Source of the DNA: Synechocystis sp. PCC 6803 substr. PCC-P
GTDB lineage: Bacteria; Cyanobacteriota; Cyanobacteriia; Cyanobacteriales; Microcystaceae
DNA: 32,000 nt
Reading direction: 5' to 3'
Assembly (NCBI RefSeq): GCF_000284455.1
Contig: NC_017039.1
Coordinates: 2,790,001 to 2,822,000, forward strand
Part shown: positions 8,968 through 19,455 of the stretch, piece after piece
How the letters are laid out: the number at the start of each line of letters is the position of its first letter
Position numbering within the stretch: position 1 is the first letter of the stretch
The notes under the pieces: model-generated
Seen by the model: only the letters and a program-made list of their open reading frames with translations
The model's database searches: none
Told to the model about the DNA's origin: nothing
Program-made: the position numbers and the translations under genes

Positions 8968-10872
8968 CTAGTAGATGGGGACTTCTTCCACTTCCGCCAG
9001 GGGTTCTGGGATCAATACATCCGGCGATCGGCTGCCGGAAAGTTGTTTTAACAATTGGGGGCGTGGGTCGTGGAGCAGGTAAAAAACTTCGTCCCCAATT
9101 TGGGCATTTTCAGTGGTCTTAGCTAGTTGCAAACTGCCCTGCCGTTTCAGCATTAAGGGCAGTAATTCCCCAGAGCGAATTAGGGCTTGGGTGTGGGCTT
9201 GCTGTAGGGCTAAGCCAGTTTCCTTAAACAGGGTTTTGCCCAGTTTAATTTGCCCATCCTTAAGGTACTGATTCCAGGTTTTGAAAGTTTTTTGCTCCAT
9301 AAAAATTCTTACCCCTTTATTTTTCAGCAAGGGATTATCTTCCGGTAAGTTATCCGGAGCAATCACACACACCCGGGGGGGGTTAAATTCATTGATGGTA
9401 TTTTGAGCCAGCACCAAATTTACTTCCCCGTTATTGGTCAGGGCCATAAATGCCCCCATCTCTTCAATGCCGGCCTTTTCCAACGCATGGGAATCCAACG
9501 CACTGGTTTGAATGGCCGTTAATCCTTCGGCGATCGCCGTCGCACAGGCTTCCGGGTCACTGTCAATCAATACCACCGATTCCCCTTGGGCTGTAAATAA
9601 ACGGGCCACCAGTCGTCCCAGGGGAGTACAACCGATAATTACTGCGCCGGTGGTGTGGGTGTCGGTGATACGTAGCAGTTTAGCCAAGGGCTTCGCCGTT
9701 AAGCCCTGAATGAACACCGTCATCATAATGGTGAGAAACACAATCGATTTGATCGCATCGCCACCGTTAATGCCCCGTTCAGTCAACAGTAGGGAAAATA
9801 GGGAGGCAACGGATGCAGAAACAATACCCCGAGGGGCAATCCAAGCCACAAAAAGTTTCTGTCGCCAGTTAAAAGCGCTAGTCCAAGTACAAATAGCGAT
9901 ACTAATGGGACGAATGACTAGCATTAACACCGCCACAGTGAGCACACTGCCCCAGCCCAAAGCCCCAAAGCTACTCAGGGATAATTCCGCCGCCAGCAGA
10001 ATAAATAGCACCGAGACACAAAGCAGGGTTAATTTACCTTTGAATCGTCGCAAAAGTCGGTTATCAGGCAGGGCAGAGGAGTTGAGGTAAATGCCCATGG
10101 CTACGGTGGCCATTAAGCCCGATTCACTCAGGGATGCTTGGGCCGCACCAAATACTCCCCACACCCCCGCTAGCACCACCAGATTACTGACATCTTCCGA
10201 GAGAAAGCTGGCCCGTTTGAGGAAATTACTCAATAGCCAACCGCCCCCCACCCCGATCGCCAGGCCAACCCCAAGGCGCAATATTAGGCCCATGGCAATT
10301 TCGATAATGTCGGTTTCAACGCTGACATTGGTATTAAAAATGGTTTCCAATACCACCACTGCCAGGATTGCTCCCACCGGATCGATCAGTACCCCTTCCC
10401 CCTCCAGTAGGGTAGCCACAGACTTCTGCACCTGGACCTGTTTAATTAGGGGGCCCACCACCGTTGGCCCGGTTACCACCACCAAGGAGCCGTATAAAAA
10501 AGCTAAATACCATGGGAACTCCGCCAACCAATGGGCCGCTAATCCCCCTCCCACTAGGGTAATTAGGGTGCCGATGGTGACCAAATTACGCAGACTACCG
10601 GAAACCTGGCCCAATTCCCGCAGGCCTAAATTTAAGCCCCCCTCAAACAAAATAATCGCCACGGAAAGGGAAACAATTACTTCCAAACCATCCCCAAAAT
10701 TGGCGGGTTGAATCCAATGCAAGCCGCTGTTGCCGAGGATGACACCAAAAATAAGCAAAAAGACAATGCTTGGTAGTTTGAGAAATCCCGCCAATACTTG
10801 GGCCCCAATGCCAAACAGGACAGTGAGGATAATCTGGAGGGTAAGGGAAAATGATCCTTCCATAAGGCTCAA
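8968..10872 (-). CDS. Na+(K+)/H+ antiporter, CPA1/NhaP-like membrane domain with C-terminal TrkA-N (RCK) domain
   Basis: 634 aa with many TM segments; FEGGLNLGLRELG, GPTVVGPLIKQ, GILVDPIGAILAVV-type motifs; C-terminal AVIIGCTPLGRLVARLFTAQGESVVLIDSDPEACATA nucleotide-binding motif. Confidence 0.9.
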   Translation of the reverse strand: MSLMEGSFSLTLQIILTVLFGIGAQVLAGFLKLPSIVFLLIFGVILGNSGLHWIQPANFGDGLEVIVSLSVAIILFEGGLNLGLRELGQVSGSLRNLVTIGTLITLVGGGLAAHWLAEFPWYLAFLYGSLVVVTGPTVVGPLIKQVQVQKSVATLLEGEGVLIDPVGAILAVVVLETIFNTNVSVETDIIEIAMGLILRLGVGLAIGVGGGWLLSNFLKRASFLSEDVSNLVVLAGVWGVFGAAQASLSESGLMATVAMGIYLNSSALPDNRLLRRFKGKLTLLCVSVLFILLAAELSLSSFGALGWGSVLTVAVLMLVIRPISIAICTWTSAFNWRQKLFVAWIAPRGIVSASVASLFSLLLTERGINGGDAIKSIVFLTIMMTVFIQGLTAKPLAKLLRITDTHTTGAVIIGCTPLGRLVARLFTAQGESVVLIDSDPEACATAIAEGLTAIQTSALDSHALEKAGIEEMGAFMALTNNGEVNLVLAQNTINEFNPPRVCVIAPDNLPEDNPLLKNKGVRIFMEQKTFKTWNQYLKDGQIKLGKTLFKETGLALQQAHTQALIRSGELLPLMLKRQGSLQLAKTTENAQIGDEVFYLLHDPRPQLLKQLSGSRSPDVLIPEPLAEVEEVPIY

Positions 10873-11088
10873 AGGAATTGGTTCTGCCTGTGGGTTAACG
10901 GTAAATCATTGCCAGGGTTGTGGCCCTTTAAGTTAAAAGGCCAAATAACTCCCCTCCAAAGTAAGGTAGTCTGCCACCAACTGGGGAGCTTGCTCCGGGA
11001 GAACTGTTTACCAACCTAAAATTTATCGCCAATTCACTCAAGTCTTTGGACTTTACACAATTTGTCGGTTAAACAATTAAAAAATTAA

Positions 11089-11158
<70 letters not shown>

Positions 11159-11193
11159 CATGTCCGGCCAATTATTATAACAGAGTTGGCAAT

Positions 11194-12036
11194 CTAGACC
11201 AAACGGCGATCGGTCAGCAACTCATAGCCCGTGGCCGTTACCAACACCGTATGCTCAAACTGGGCCGAAAGGGCATTGTCCACCGTCACCACCGTCCATC
11301 GATCGCCAAGGGTACGGGTGAAACGGGAACCAGCATTGACAATTGGCTCGATCGCCAAGGTCATGCCCGGTTTAAGTTTAACGTTGGGCAAATCCCGGCA
11401 GCGGACGTTAAACACATGGGGGTCTTCGTGGAGGGCCTGGCCCACCCCATGGCCGGTGAACTCTTCCACAATGGTGTAACCGGTGGGCTTAACGTAATCC
11501 TCGATTGCCCCGGCAATGTCCATCAGGTAATTACCAGGCTTCACCTGTTCAATCCCCGCATACAAGGCCCCTTCCGCTACTTCCATCAACCGCTGGGCTT
11601 GGGGGGAAACCTTACCCACCGCAATGGTGATGCAGGAATCCCCGTGGTAGCCCTGGAAATAGGCTCCGGTATCTACTTTGAGCAAATCGCCGGAACGAAT
11701 TTTCTTACGGCGACGGGGAATGCCATGGACCACTTCATTATTCACGCAAGCACAAATGGAAGCGGGAAAGCCGTGGTAACCCTTAAAACTGGGAGTGGCC
11801 CCCAGGGAGCGAATTCGTTCCTCTGCTAACTGGTCTAAATCCCCGGTGGTCATGCCCGGTTGCACCGTGGCGGCAATCTCCTTCAATACCTGGGCGGCGA
11901 TCGCCCCGGCTTGGCGCATAATGGCAATTTCGGCGGGGGTTTTAATCTGTACTCCCCGGCGGGAACGTTTTTTTGCCTTTGGTGTCGGGGAGGGTACGGG
12001 GGAAGGGGGCGCAAATAACTGGCTGAGTAAATTCAT
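11194..12036 (-). CDS. map: Type I methionine aminopeptidase with N-terminal Pro/basic extension (second paralog in window)
   Basis: [108 protein letters not shown] start preferred over the track start at 12120. Confidence 0.93.
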
Positions 12037-12055
12037 AGGATGGGTGCCCAAAAAT

Positions 12056-12412
12056 CTAGGCCATGCTGGCCTTGACTTCCTCCAAAGTTTCCATGGGAAT
12101 ATCCTGGGCATCCCCAGCAAAATCGTTATCTGGGGTTAAAAACAACATACAGTGACATTCCTTGCGCTCCCGCATAGGCACACAGGGGCAATTCCAAAAG
12201 GTATTTTTTACTTCCGCTTCCTTGTCTTCGTAGTGGCGACAGGGGCACAGGGGAGAACCCAATTCCTCTTTATGGCGAGCTAAACCCTCGATAACAACGG
12301 CGGTGACGGAAAGATCACTACAAAAATAGGTATCCGTACGTTTAGCATACTGCTCCGCAAAATTTTTCATTGCGGCCAGTGTTTTGTTGTTCTGGGTGTC
12401 ACTGCTGGTCAT
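12056..12412 (-). CDS. ftrC: Ferredoxin-thioredoxin reductase catalytic chain
   Basis: [62 protein letters not shown] has the CPCR, CPC and CHC cysteine motifs. Confidence 0.96.
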
Positions 12413-12482
12413 AGATTCTCAAGGGAATTTAGATGGTCGGCACAAACGCCAATTTTGCCGTCGGTGTATTTATCTTGACACA

Positions 12483-13403
12483 CTATTGGAGCAGAGCCAA
12501 AAACCGACGAATCACCCCAATTGTTACCCCAGGTAATTCCAAATGGGGCGTTAACCCCACGTCTTTAATTTCCACAAAAGCTTTAATGGCATTGGGGTTC
12601 AGCGCCGCTAAACGACGACCGATCGCCGGAGGGGTAAATTGGGCATATTCTCCCCAGAGGATAGCCGTAGTAACGGTTAAATCCGGCATAAATTGGGCCA
12701 AATCAAAGCAGAGATCCCCCCTAACAAAGGACAGGGCTGCATATTCCGCCCTGGGTTGGGTGGCGGACTCCAGATAGGCATCGATAATTTCGGGATAAAT
12801 GCGCCGGGCTTGGGCAAATTGTCGTTGTTCCAAAAAATTCATAATGCCCGCTGTGTTGGCAATGCCGGTGGTGTAGATAAAACGATCCAGCACTGGCACA
12901 CTGACCAATTGGGCAAAAAAGTTACTGCGGTAATCTTCACCAAAGTCCGATAGCCCTGTGGGGGTACTCAGAATTAAACCTGTAAATAGGTTGGGATGCT
13001 CTATGGCAGTGCGAACGGCGATCGCCGCCACCAAGGAAGAGGCAATCACCATCACAGGTTGGTCACAGGTTTGTTGCAAAAATTCCTGAATAACCTGGAT
13101 ATAGTCCTGGGGAGTGTAATTTTTCACCGGATGATCGGAGCGACCCCAACCCAACAAGTCCGGCGCTAACACCCGGTAGTCAGCAGCAAAAGCCGGATAA
13201 ACCTTCGACCATTCGTAGGCAGAAGAACCACCCCCAAAGCCATGGAGAAATACCAACGTTTGGCGATCGCCGAGGGAATCTACCGCCTCTACCCAGGGGG
13301 CCTCCGTTGCTTCGTAGTAAACAATGGTTCCCAGGGAAGTAACTAGGGAATTGCGGGTAAAGCCAAGGGGTTCAATCATGCTGTCTCCTAATGGTTGTGG
13401 CAT
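12483..13403 (-). CDS. Alpha/beta hydrolase fold protein
   Basis: TLVFLHGFGGGSSAYEWSKVYPAFAADYRVLAPDLLGWGRSDHP, and PVMVIASSLVAAIAVR at the nucleophile elbow position. Track ORF start at 13595 runs into the upstream gene; MPQPLGDSM at 13403 is more plausible. Confidence 0.85.
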   Translation of the reverse strand: MPQPLGDSMIEPLGFTRNSLVTSLGTIVYYEATEAPWVEAVDSLGDRQTLVFLHGFGGGSSAYEWSKVYPAFAADYRVLAPDLLGWGRSDHPVKNYTPQDYIQVIQEFLQQTCDQPVMVIASSLVAAIAVRTAIEHPNLFTGLILSTPTGLSDFGEDYRSNFFAQLVSVPVLDRFIYTTGIANTAGIMNFLEQRQFAQARRIYPEIIDAYLESATQPRAEYAALSFVRGDLCFDLAQFMPDLTVTTAILWGEYAQFTPPAIGRRLAALNPNAIKAFVEIKDVGLTPHLELPGVTIGVIRRFLALLQ

Positions 13404-13435
13404 TGACCAAAGCGACTGGTCTTCTTCAGTATGGT

Positions 13436-13804
13436 TTAGTTTTTTTGCCCGTGGCGGGATTTGGGGCCAGAAATTGGACCGCTTTTCTTTTGTTCCCGTT
13501 GCAATAACTTTTGCCCCCACCGGGGATAAAAACTCAGATAAATGAGCAAATTGCCCCAAAATAACGCCCCCAGCAGCAAATAAGTTTTGAGCCAAAAATT
13601 ACCCTGAAAATCCTCCATAATGCCCACACTAGCCATACTAAACGCTAGGGTTAACACCACTAACAGTAACCGTTTGGAAATCCTCAATTGCTTTCTTCGA
13701 GATGGTTGCTTGCCCACAAATTTTGCCCTTGATAGAATTTGGCACCGTTGAATTGGAACTGGGAGGTTGCCCCTAGAATGGTTAAAAGTCGCAGGGAAAG
13801 CCAT
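13436..13804 (-). CDS. Small membrane protein of unknown function
   Basis: Two hydrophobic segments (RLLLVVLTLAFSMASVGIM; WLKTYLLLGALFWGNLLIYLSF) and a basic C-terminus. Start uncertain (track 13942; internal Met MAFPATF near 13804). Confidence 0.55.
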   Translation of the reverse strand: MAFPATFNHSRGNLPVPIQRCQILSRAKFVGKQPSRRKQLRISKRLLLVVLTLAFSMASVGIMEDFQGNFWLKTYLLLGALFWGNLLIYLSFYPRWGQKLLQREQKKSGPISGPKSRHGQKN

Positions 13805-13909
13805 GGCCGTTGGTGTTTGTAACCATGCCCCACCGGGGACTAGGGCGGTCAGCTTATCCCATGGCGGGTTTTTGCTAACCTGGTTGTAAATCAATTGCTC
13901 TTTTAATTT

Positions 13910-14887
13910 ATGGTTCGTCGTCGTTCGGTGCCTTGGATTCATCGCTATTCCCGTTTCATTATGGGGGCGATCGCCGTCCTGGGGATCTTGATCACCTCCT
14001 ACCTGGCCTATATTTCCTTCACCGGGGGAGAAGCCCTTTGTCCCGTGGACCAGGCCACCGGTAGCTCCAGTTGTGACCTGGTGTTACAGAGTGCCTACGC
14101 CAAAGTTTTTGACATTCCCCTCAGTGTTTTTGGGCTGGCAGCTTATCTGGCCATGGGCATTGCCGCTTTGGTGCCCTTTTTGGTCAGTGAGGAGAGCAAC
14201 AAAAAACAGCGTAACTCCCTGGAAGATCTCACCGGAAAATTTCTCCTGGTGGGGGGTACGTCCATGGCGGTGTTCAGCGGTTACTTAATGTACATCTCCT
14301 TTTTCCGGCTCCAGGAAGCTTGCTGGTACTGCCTAACTTCTGCTATTTGTTCTTTGTTGTTGTTCATTTTGGCGATCGTTGGTCGGGAGTGGGAAGAAGT
14401 GAGTCAAGTATTTTTTACCACCGTCGTGGTGGCCATGGTAACCATTGTCGGCACCCTGGGTCTCTATGCCACTGCTGAAGGGCCTAAAGCCGGAGCCGAT
14501 GGCACAATTCCCATTCCTGCCATTGCCGGTCAACCCAGACCCCCCAGTGGTTGGCCCATCACCACTCAGTCGGGACCAGCGGAAATTGAGTTGGCGGAAT
14601 ACCTCACTGCCAAAGGGGTACTCAACTATGGTGCCTTCTGGTGTCCCCACTGCTATGACCAAAAACTACTTTTCGGCAAAGAAGCATTTGAAAAAATTAG
14701 CTATATTGAGTGCGACCCGGCCGGGAAAAATCCCCAGACCCAAACCTGTGTGGATGTCGGTATTCAATCCTTCCCCACCTGGGGCATTGACGGAGAACTA
14801 AACCCTGGGGTCAAAACTCTCCGGGAATTGGCAGAGCTCACTGGCTATGAAGGCAATATGGATTTTAAATATGGCCTGAGAAATTAG
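13910..14887 (+). CDS. VKOR domain fused to a thioredoxin-like domain (disulfide bond formation)
   Basis: EALCPVDQATGSSSCDLVLQSAYAKVFDIPLSVFGLAAYL, EACWYCLTSAICS (CxxC) and FWCPHCYDQKLLFG (thioredoxin CPHC) match the cyanobacterial VKOR-Trx fusion. Confidence 0.93.
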   Translation: MVRRRSVPWIHRYSRFIMGAIAVLGILITSYLAYISFTGGEALCPVDQATGSSSCDLVLQSAYAKVFDIPLSVFGLAAYLAMGIAALVPFLVSEESNKKQRNSLEDLTGKFLLVGGTSMAVFSGYLMYISFFRLQEACWYCLTSAICSLLLFILAIVGREWEEVSQVFFTTVVVAMVTIVGTLGLYATAEGPKAGADGTIPIPAIAGQPRPPSGWPITTQSGPAEIELAEYLTAKGVLNYGAFWCPHCYDQKLLFGKEAFEKISYIECDPAGKNPQTQTCVDVGIQSFPTWGIDGELNPGVKTLRELAELTGYEGNMDFKYGLRN

Positions 14888-14966
14888 TTAGACCTACCCA
14901 AGGATTAAGCCGACTAACAAAGTGATCCATCGTCTGGCGGTATAGCGACGCCATCATTCCCCGAAC

Positions 14967-15003
14967 AAAATCCCCTCAAGCTAGAGATGGCCTGGGGGAT
15001 TTT
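14967..15003. terminator. Bidirectional terminator between convergent VKOR-Trx and flv3 genes
   Basis: Perfect 9-bp inverted repeat AAAATCCCC (14967-14975) / GGGGATTTT (14995-15003). Confidence 0.75.
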
Positions 15004-15038
15004 CCTTGATAGTTTTGCGGTTTGATTGCAGTTTTTTA

Positions 15039-16760
15039 TTAGTAATAATTGCCGACTTTGCGATGGTGTACGGCGGTTAACCCTTCTGCTTTAGCTACCC
15101 GACCATTGGTTACTTGGCTGTAAACAATCCAGTGATCACTACATTCCATCCGACTAGCTACTTCACACTCCAAATAGGCTAGCGCATCGGTCAAAATAGG
15201 CGATCCGTTGCTTGCGGTTTGGGTTTTTACTCCAGCAAAACGATCAGCACCAGGGGGGAAACGTTTGAGGAAATGTTTCATCAAAATTTGATAGTTGCCT
15301 TCCTCCAAAATGTTCAACACAAAGCGATCACCGACTTGCATGAGGGATTCAATGGCCCGGTCCTTGGCCACAGCAACGGTGAAACCAGGGGGATTAAAGC
15401 TGGCTTGGGAAACCCAAGAGGCAAGCATGGCCCCTTTAACCTCTCCCTTTTGGGCAGTGATGATATACAGCCCCCCACTAATGCGACCGATCGCCTTTTC
15501 CAGATCGCTGTCCAGGGATTTGAGTTGTTTTATTTTGGCCGCCTGGATGAGATTTTGACCCAAGTCAGTGCCGGACTCATCACAAAGCTGATAGGTGCTT
15601 TCGCTGGGGGTGTCTTTGACCTTGATCACTTTGAAAGCCTCCCGCAAACCCAGGTCTAAAAATTTGGTGCGGAGGGGGTCAATGGGCTCGTCGTCCCCAC
15701 CATAGGATTCGTATAAACCAAAGACCTGTTTCGGTTGCATGGCGGCCAACACTGCGCCGAAATTGGTGCTTAGATCAGCGTTAGCCTGTAAAGGCGGCAT
15801 TCCCAGAACTACCCCGCTGGCATGGCCCACCAGTTCCTGGATTTCCTGAGGATCGGCGGAGCTTAGGTCCACCATGTCCACCCCCACGCCGGTTTTAGTA
15901 ATTCCCTTGGCAATGGCCTGGGAAAGGCGATCGCCGTAGCCATAATCAGCCACATAGAAAACCACCACGGTTTTTTCTGCTTTACTTTGGGACTCGCTCC
16001 AATGGCGGTAGCGATGTAATAATTCGCCAACGTTATGGCGCAATAGGGGGCCATGGCCATTGGCAACGGTGCTAATGGTGCCCAGATTATCCATGCGTTT
16101 CATGGCGGCGAGAACGGAACGGGCGTTGGGACCCATCAAGCAATCGTAGTAAAACTGGTAATCCGGTGCGATTTTGCCCAAATCGATGTCAAAAACTGCA
16201 TCGGAGCAATAGTGCATCCCAAACACGTCGCAGGTGAAGAGAATTTCCGTGGCGGGGTCATAGGTGAGCATGGTGTCCGGCCAGTGGAGATTCGGAGCAC
16301 TGACAAATTCCAAATCATGGCCCTGGCCCAAATCCAGGCGATCGCCACTTTTAACTTGAATACGCTCAAAGGGTTGATGGACAAAATTGTCGAGAAATTG
16401 CAACGCTACTTTGGTGGCCACCACCGTAATGCGGGGATTGAGTTGCAAAATGTCTTTTACTAACCCACTGTGGTCTGGCTCAGTGTGGCTGACGATTAGG
16501 TAATCAATGCGCTGGGGATCGATTAATCCCTGTAATAAATCTAGATATAACTGGCGGAATTTCTCGTGGGAGCTATCTACTAGGGCAACCTTATCCGCTT
16601 GGATTAGATAGGAATTGTAAGTGGTGCCGTTTTGTAGGCCGAATTCAATATCAAACCGGTCCCGGTCCCAGTCCAAAGAACGGATAGCAGTAATATTTTT
16701 GGCGATCGCCTCAGTTTGGGTAGAAAGCCGCTTTTGGGGGGGGAGGGGGGTAGTGAACAT
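15039..16760 (-). CDS. flv3: Flavodiiron protein Flv3
   Basis: 573 aa. Metallo-beta-lactamase-like domain with canonical diiron ligands (SHTEPDH, NLHWPDT, TCDVFG, ANGHGP), then flavodoxin (VVVFYVADYGYGDRLSQAIAKGI) and C-terminal flavin reductase domains. Recognised as Synechocystis Flv3. Confidence 0.92.
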   Translation of the reverse strand: MFTTPLPPQKRLSTQTEAIAKNITAIRSLDWDRDRFDIEFGLQNGTTYNSYLIQADKVALVDSSHEKFRQLYLDLLQGLIDPQRIDYLIVSHTEPDHSGLVKDILQLNPRITVVATKVALQFLDNFVHQPFERIQVKSGDRLDLGQGHDLEFVSAPNLHWPDTMLTYDPATEILFTCDVFGMHYCSDAVFDIDLGKIAPDYQFYYDCLMGPNARSVLAAMKRMDNLGTISTVANGHGPLLRHNVGELLHRYRHWSESQSKAEKTVVVFYVADYGYGDRLSQAIAKGITKTGVGVDMVDLSSADPQEIQELVGHASGVVLGMPPLQANADLSTNFGAVLAAMQPKQVFGLYESYGGDDEPIDPLRTKFLDLGLREAFKVIKVKDTPSESTYQLCDESGTDLGQNLIQAAKIKQLKSLDSDLEKAIGRISGGLYIITAQKGEVKGAMLASWVSQASFNPPGFTVAVAKDRAIESLMQVGDRFVLNILEEGNYQILMKHFLKRFPPGADRFAGVKTQTASNGSPILTDALAYLECEVASRMECSDHWIVYSQVTNGRVAKAEGLTAVHHRKVGNYY

Positions 16761-16882
16761 GCCGTACTCCTAGGACTGGTAATGAAAACTCTCTGTCCAG
16801 TGTATCCCAGGGGCCAGAGCCGGGGAAAGTTAACAAACATTGATATTTTTAACTCTAACGATTACGACTTTCCCTAGAGACT

Positions 16883-17569
16883 TCAGAGACGATACATGAT
16901 GCTTTCCCCATGGCTATCGGTGCCACAGGTGCGGAACAGATTATACAAATCCCCCAGGTAACAAACTTCTTCCATTTGGGGCACAGAACTCTGCCAAGGT
17001 TTGGGATTGCCATAGGCATAAAATGCCTCTACCCCATCAATGCCATGGCGGGCTGCCGCTGGGATCAAGTGACTGGCGGGCTGACGGTACCGGGCTGGAT
17101 GGGCCAACACCACTAAGCCACCGGCATCATGGAGAGCCTTAATGACTTTGGGCGCTTGGGCATAGTACTTATCCGGGCGATCGCCGGTTAGATAGGGGTC
17201 TAGGACCGGGTGGGTAGGGTCAAAGTCATAGCCCAGGATGTGCACTTCAGTGCCGTCTAAATTGGCGGTAATTTCAATGCCAGTCCAAAGTTGGGGCCGG
17301 AGACTAGGATAATGGCAATGTTCGGTGAGCCAGCGCTGGGCCCGGTAATAACCCGCCACACAATGGTGGTCTGTGATCGCCAAACCCTGTAATTCTTGAT
17401 GTATGGCCTGTTCGATCAAACCCTCCGGGGTCATCTGGCCGTCGGAACATCGGGTGTGGAGATGAAAATTATAAAACCGTGGACAACTGGTGGGGGTCAG
17501 GGACTGCCAAACAGTTGTAAGTTGGCGCTCCATCTGTTGAGACTGCGGAGAAATAAGGTCGTTAACCAT
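16883..17569 (-). CDS. PHP domain metal-dependent phosphoesterase
   Basis: YNFHLHTRCSDGQMTPEGLIEQAIHQELQGLAITDHHCVAGY, GLVVLAHPARYR, GTDSHGE. Start set to MVNDLIS; track ORF begins at 17632. Confidence 0.88.
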   Translation of the reverse strand: MVNDLISPQSQQMERQLTTVWQSLTPTSCPRFYNFHLHTRCSDGQMTPEGLIEQAIHQELQGLAITDHHCVAGYYRAQRWLTEHCHYPSLRPQLWTGIEITANLDGTEVHILGYDFDPTHPVLDPYLTGDRPDKYYAQAPKVIKALHDAGGLVVLAHPARYRQPASHLIPAAARHGIDGVEAFYAYGNPKPWQSSVPQMEEVCYLGDLYNLFRTCGTDSHGESIMYRL

Positions 17570-17927
17570 GAATAAATGCCATCCTGACAACGGGTTGGTG
17601 CTGGATATAAATACATCCCACCCTTTTCCCACAATAACAAAACTTTACATAATTGGCTTTTTCCCTTCGTCCAGTCCTTGGGGGCAAAAGTTCCCCACCA
17701 CCGACCATTAGTTTTCCCTTGTCAAGCCATCATCAATTTATCGGTAAGAATCAGCCTAAATAAAACCCGAAAAAAATCACAGCGCTCAGGCTGGGTTACA
17801 TTAGGTGGAGATCGGAAATTATTTTCTTCCAAGACTCATGGGGCAATGGTTTAAGCGTAACATCGGTAGAGTGAACCCCGTGTACTTTTCTCTCTGCTCA
17901 GAACCTGCGTTTTAAGGTTGGGTTTCT

Positions 17928-19421
17928 ATGGAGTCGGCCACCATGTCTTTTCCCATCAGCAAGACCTACTTTTTGGCAGGGTTGCACTGTCCAAAACGTC
18001 TATGGTTGTCTATCTGCCGTCCCGAAGATGCTTCCCCCATGTCCTTGGCCGCTGAACAAAGAATTAAACAAGGCAAGGCGATCGGAGTGGCGGCCCGGGA
18101 ATCTTTTAAAAATGGCATATTGGTGGACGGAAATCTTAAACATTGCCTAGAGAAAAGTTGGGAATTGACGGTGGTGGGGGCAGGGCAAGGAGTGGAATGT
18201 TTATTTGAACCGGCTTTTTTGTACGACGATATTTTGGTGCGCTGTGATGTATTGCGGCGCTTACCTTCAGGAAATTGGGAAATTATTGAAGTAAAATCCG
18301 CCACTAAGTTAAAAGACGAACACATTGCCGACTTGACCTTGCAACATTACGTGTTGGAGGGGTTGGGGTTAACGGTGGAAAAAACGAGCCTCATGGTGGT
18401 CAATCCCATGGCCAGGAATTGGAGTGTGGTGCAGGATAGATTTTGTTATCAGGATGTAACGGCGGCGGTGGTGCGTTGGCGTGGGCAGTTACCCCAAAAA
18501 CTGGCAGAATTCCGCACATTGTTGACGGAACCGACCGCTCCCCAAGTGCCCATTGGCAGCCATTGCGATCGCCCTTACCGTTGTCCGTTTAAAGATCATT
18601 GCTGGCAGAATGTGCCGCCGATTTCCATTTTTGACATTCCTTTGTTGAAGCAGGATAAATTGCAAAATTTGATGAATTCTAATATCTGGAATCTGGAGGA
18701 TATTCCGGCGGAGTTTCCCTTGACCCAAAAGCAAAGAACATTCATTGACCGGATGACGGCAGCAAAACCCCAAATAGACCAGGATTTATTGAGGCAATTG
18801 TTGGGGCAGATTCAACCCAATCAGCCTTTGTACTTTTTTGATGTGGAAACCCACAGTAGTGCCATTCCCCGTTTTGCCGGTCTGCACCCCTACGAACGCT
18901 GTATTTTTCAGTACAGTTGCCACCGCCTTAATCCCGACGGTTCCCTGGAACACTTTGAATATTTACACACGGAGGATTCCGATCCCCGACTCCCCCTACT
19001 TATTTCCCTAATACACCACATTGGCGATCGGGGGTCAGTGGTGGTTTATAACCAGTCCTTTGAAAAGGGAGTATTACAACAGTTGGCAGCGGCCTATCCC
19101 AACTATGGGGCCAAAATTAATCAGATTATCGATCGCCTCTGGGATTTACAGGTAATCTTTAAAAGGGCGTATTTCCATCCTGGTTTCCGGGGTTCCTATT
19201 CCCTCAAAAAAGTTCTGCCGGTGATGGCCCCCCAATTTTGCCACGACGACTTGGTCATCAAGTCCGGCAATGAAGCCCCTCTAGTGTGGGAAGCACTGCT
19301 GGAATGTTCCGCGCCGGATAAAAGGGCAGAAATGGCCCAACAACTACGGGAGTATTGTGGTTTAGATACCCTGGGTATGGTGAAAATTTATGAGGTTTTG
19401 CAACAGGAATTAAAAGATTGA
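17928..19421 (+). CDS. DUF2779-containing putative nuclease: N-terminal Cas4/RecB-like PD-(D/E)XK domain with Cys cluster and C-terminal DEDD-like exonuclease domain
   Basis: GLHCPKRLWLS, ILVRCDVLRRLPSGNWEIIEVKSATKLKDEHIADLTLQHYVLEGLGL, CDRPYRCPFKDHCW; C-terminal half LYFFDVETHSSAIPRF... SVVVYNQSFEKGVLQQLA. Confidence 0.8.
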   Translation: MESATMSFPISKTYFLAGLHCPKRLWLSICRPEDASPMSLAAEQRIKQGKAIGVAARESFKNGILVDGNLKHCLEKSWELTVVGAGQGVECLFEPAFLYDDILVRCDVLRRLPSGNWEIIEVKSATKLKDEHIADLTLQHYVLEGLGLTVEKTSLMVVNPMARNWSVVQDRFCYQDVTAAVVRWRGQLPQKLAEFRTLLTEPTAPQVPIGSHCDRPYRCPFKDHCWQNVPPISIFDIPLLKQDKLQNLMNSNIWNLEDIPAEFPLTQKQRTFIDRMTAAKPQIDQDLLRQLLGQIQPNQPLYFFDVETHSSAIPRFAGLHPYERCIFQYSCHRLNPDGSLEHFEYLHTEDSDPRLPLLISLIHHIGDRGSVVVYNQSFEKGVLQQLAAAYPNYGAKINQIIDRLWDLQVIFKRAYFHPGFRGSYSLKKVLPVMAPQFCHDDLVIKSGNEAPLVWEALLECSAPDKRAEMAQQLREYCGLDTLGMVKIYEVLQQELKD

Positions 19422-19455
19422 CCAGGACTAACAAGGATCGATTGCCATGGATAAT

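Noticed and set aside
8968-10936. Several plus-strand ORFs (9512-9709, 9710-10090, 10091-10711, 10730-10936) opposite the antiporter gene
   Set aside because: Low-complexity S/T/P-rich translations that mirror the strong antisense coding frame of the Na+/H+ antiporter; typical shadow ORFs.
17928-19421. Possible CRISPR-Cas locus, because of the Cas4-like domain
   Set aside because: No regularly spaced repeats, cas1, cas2 or effector genes nearby; the protein is a DUF2779 family standalone gene.
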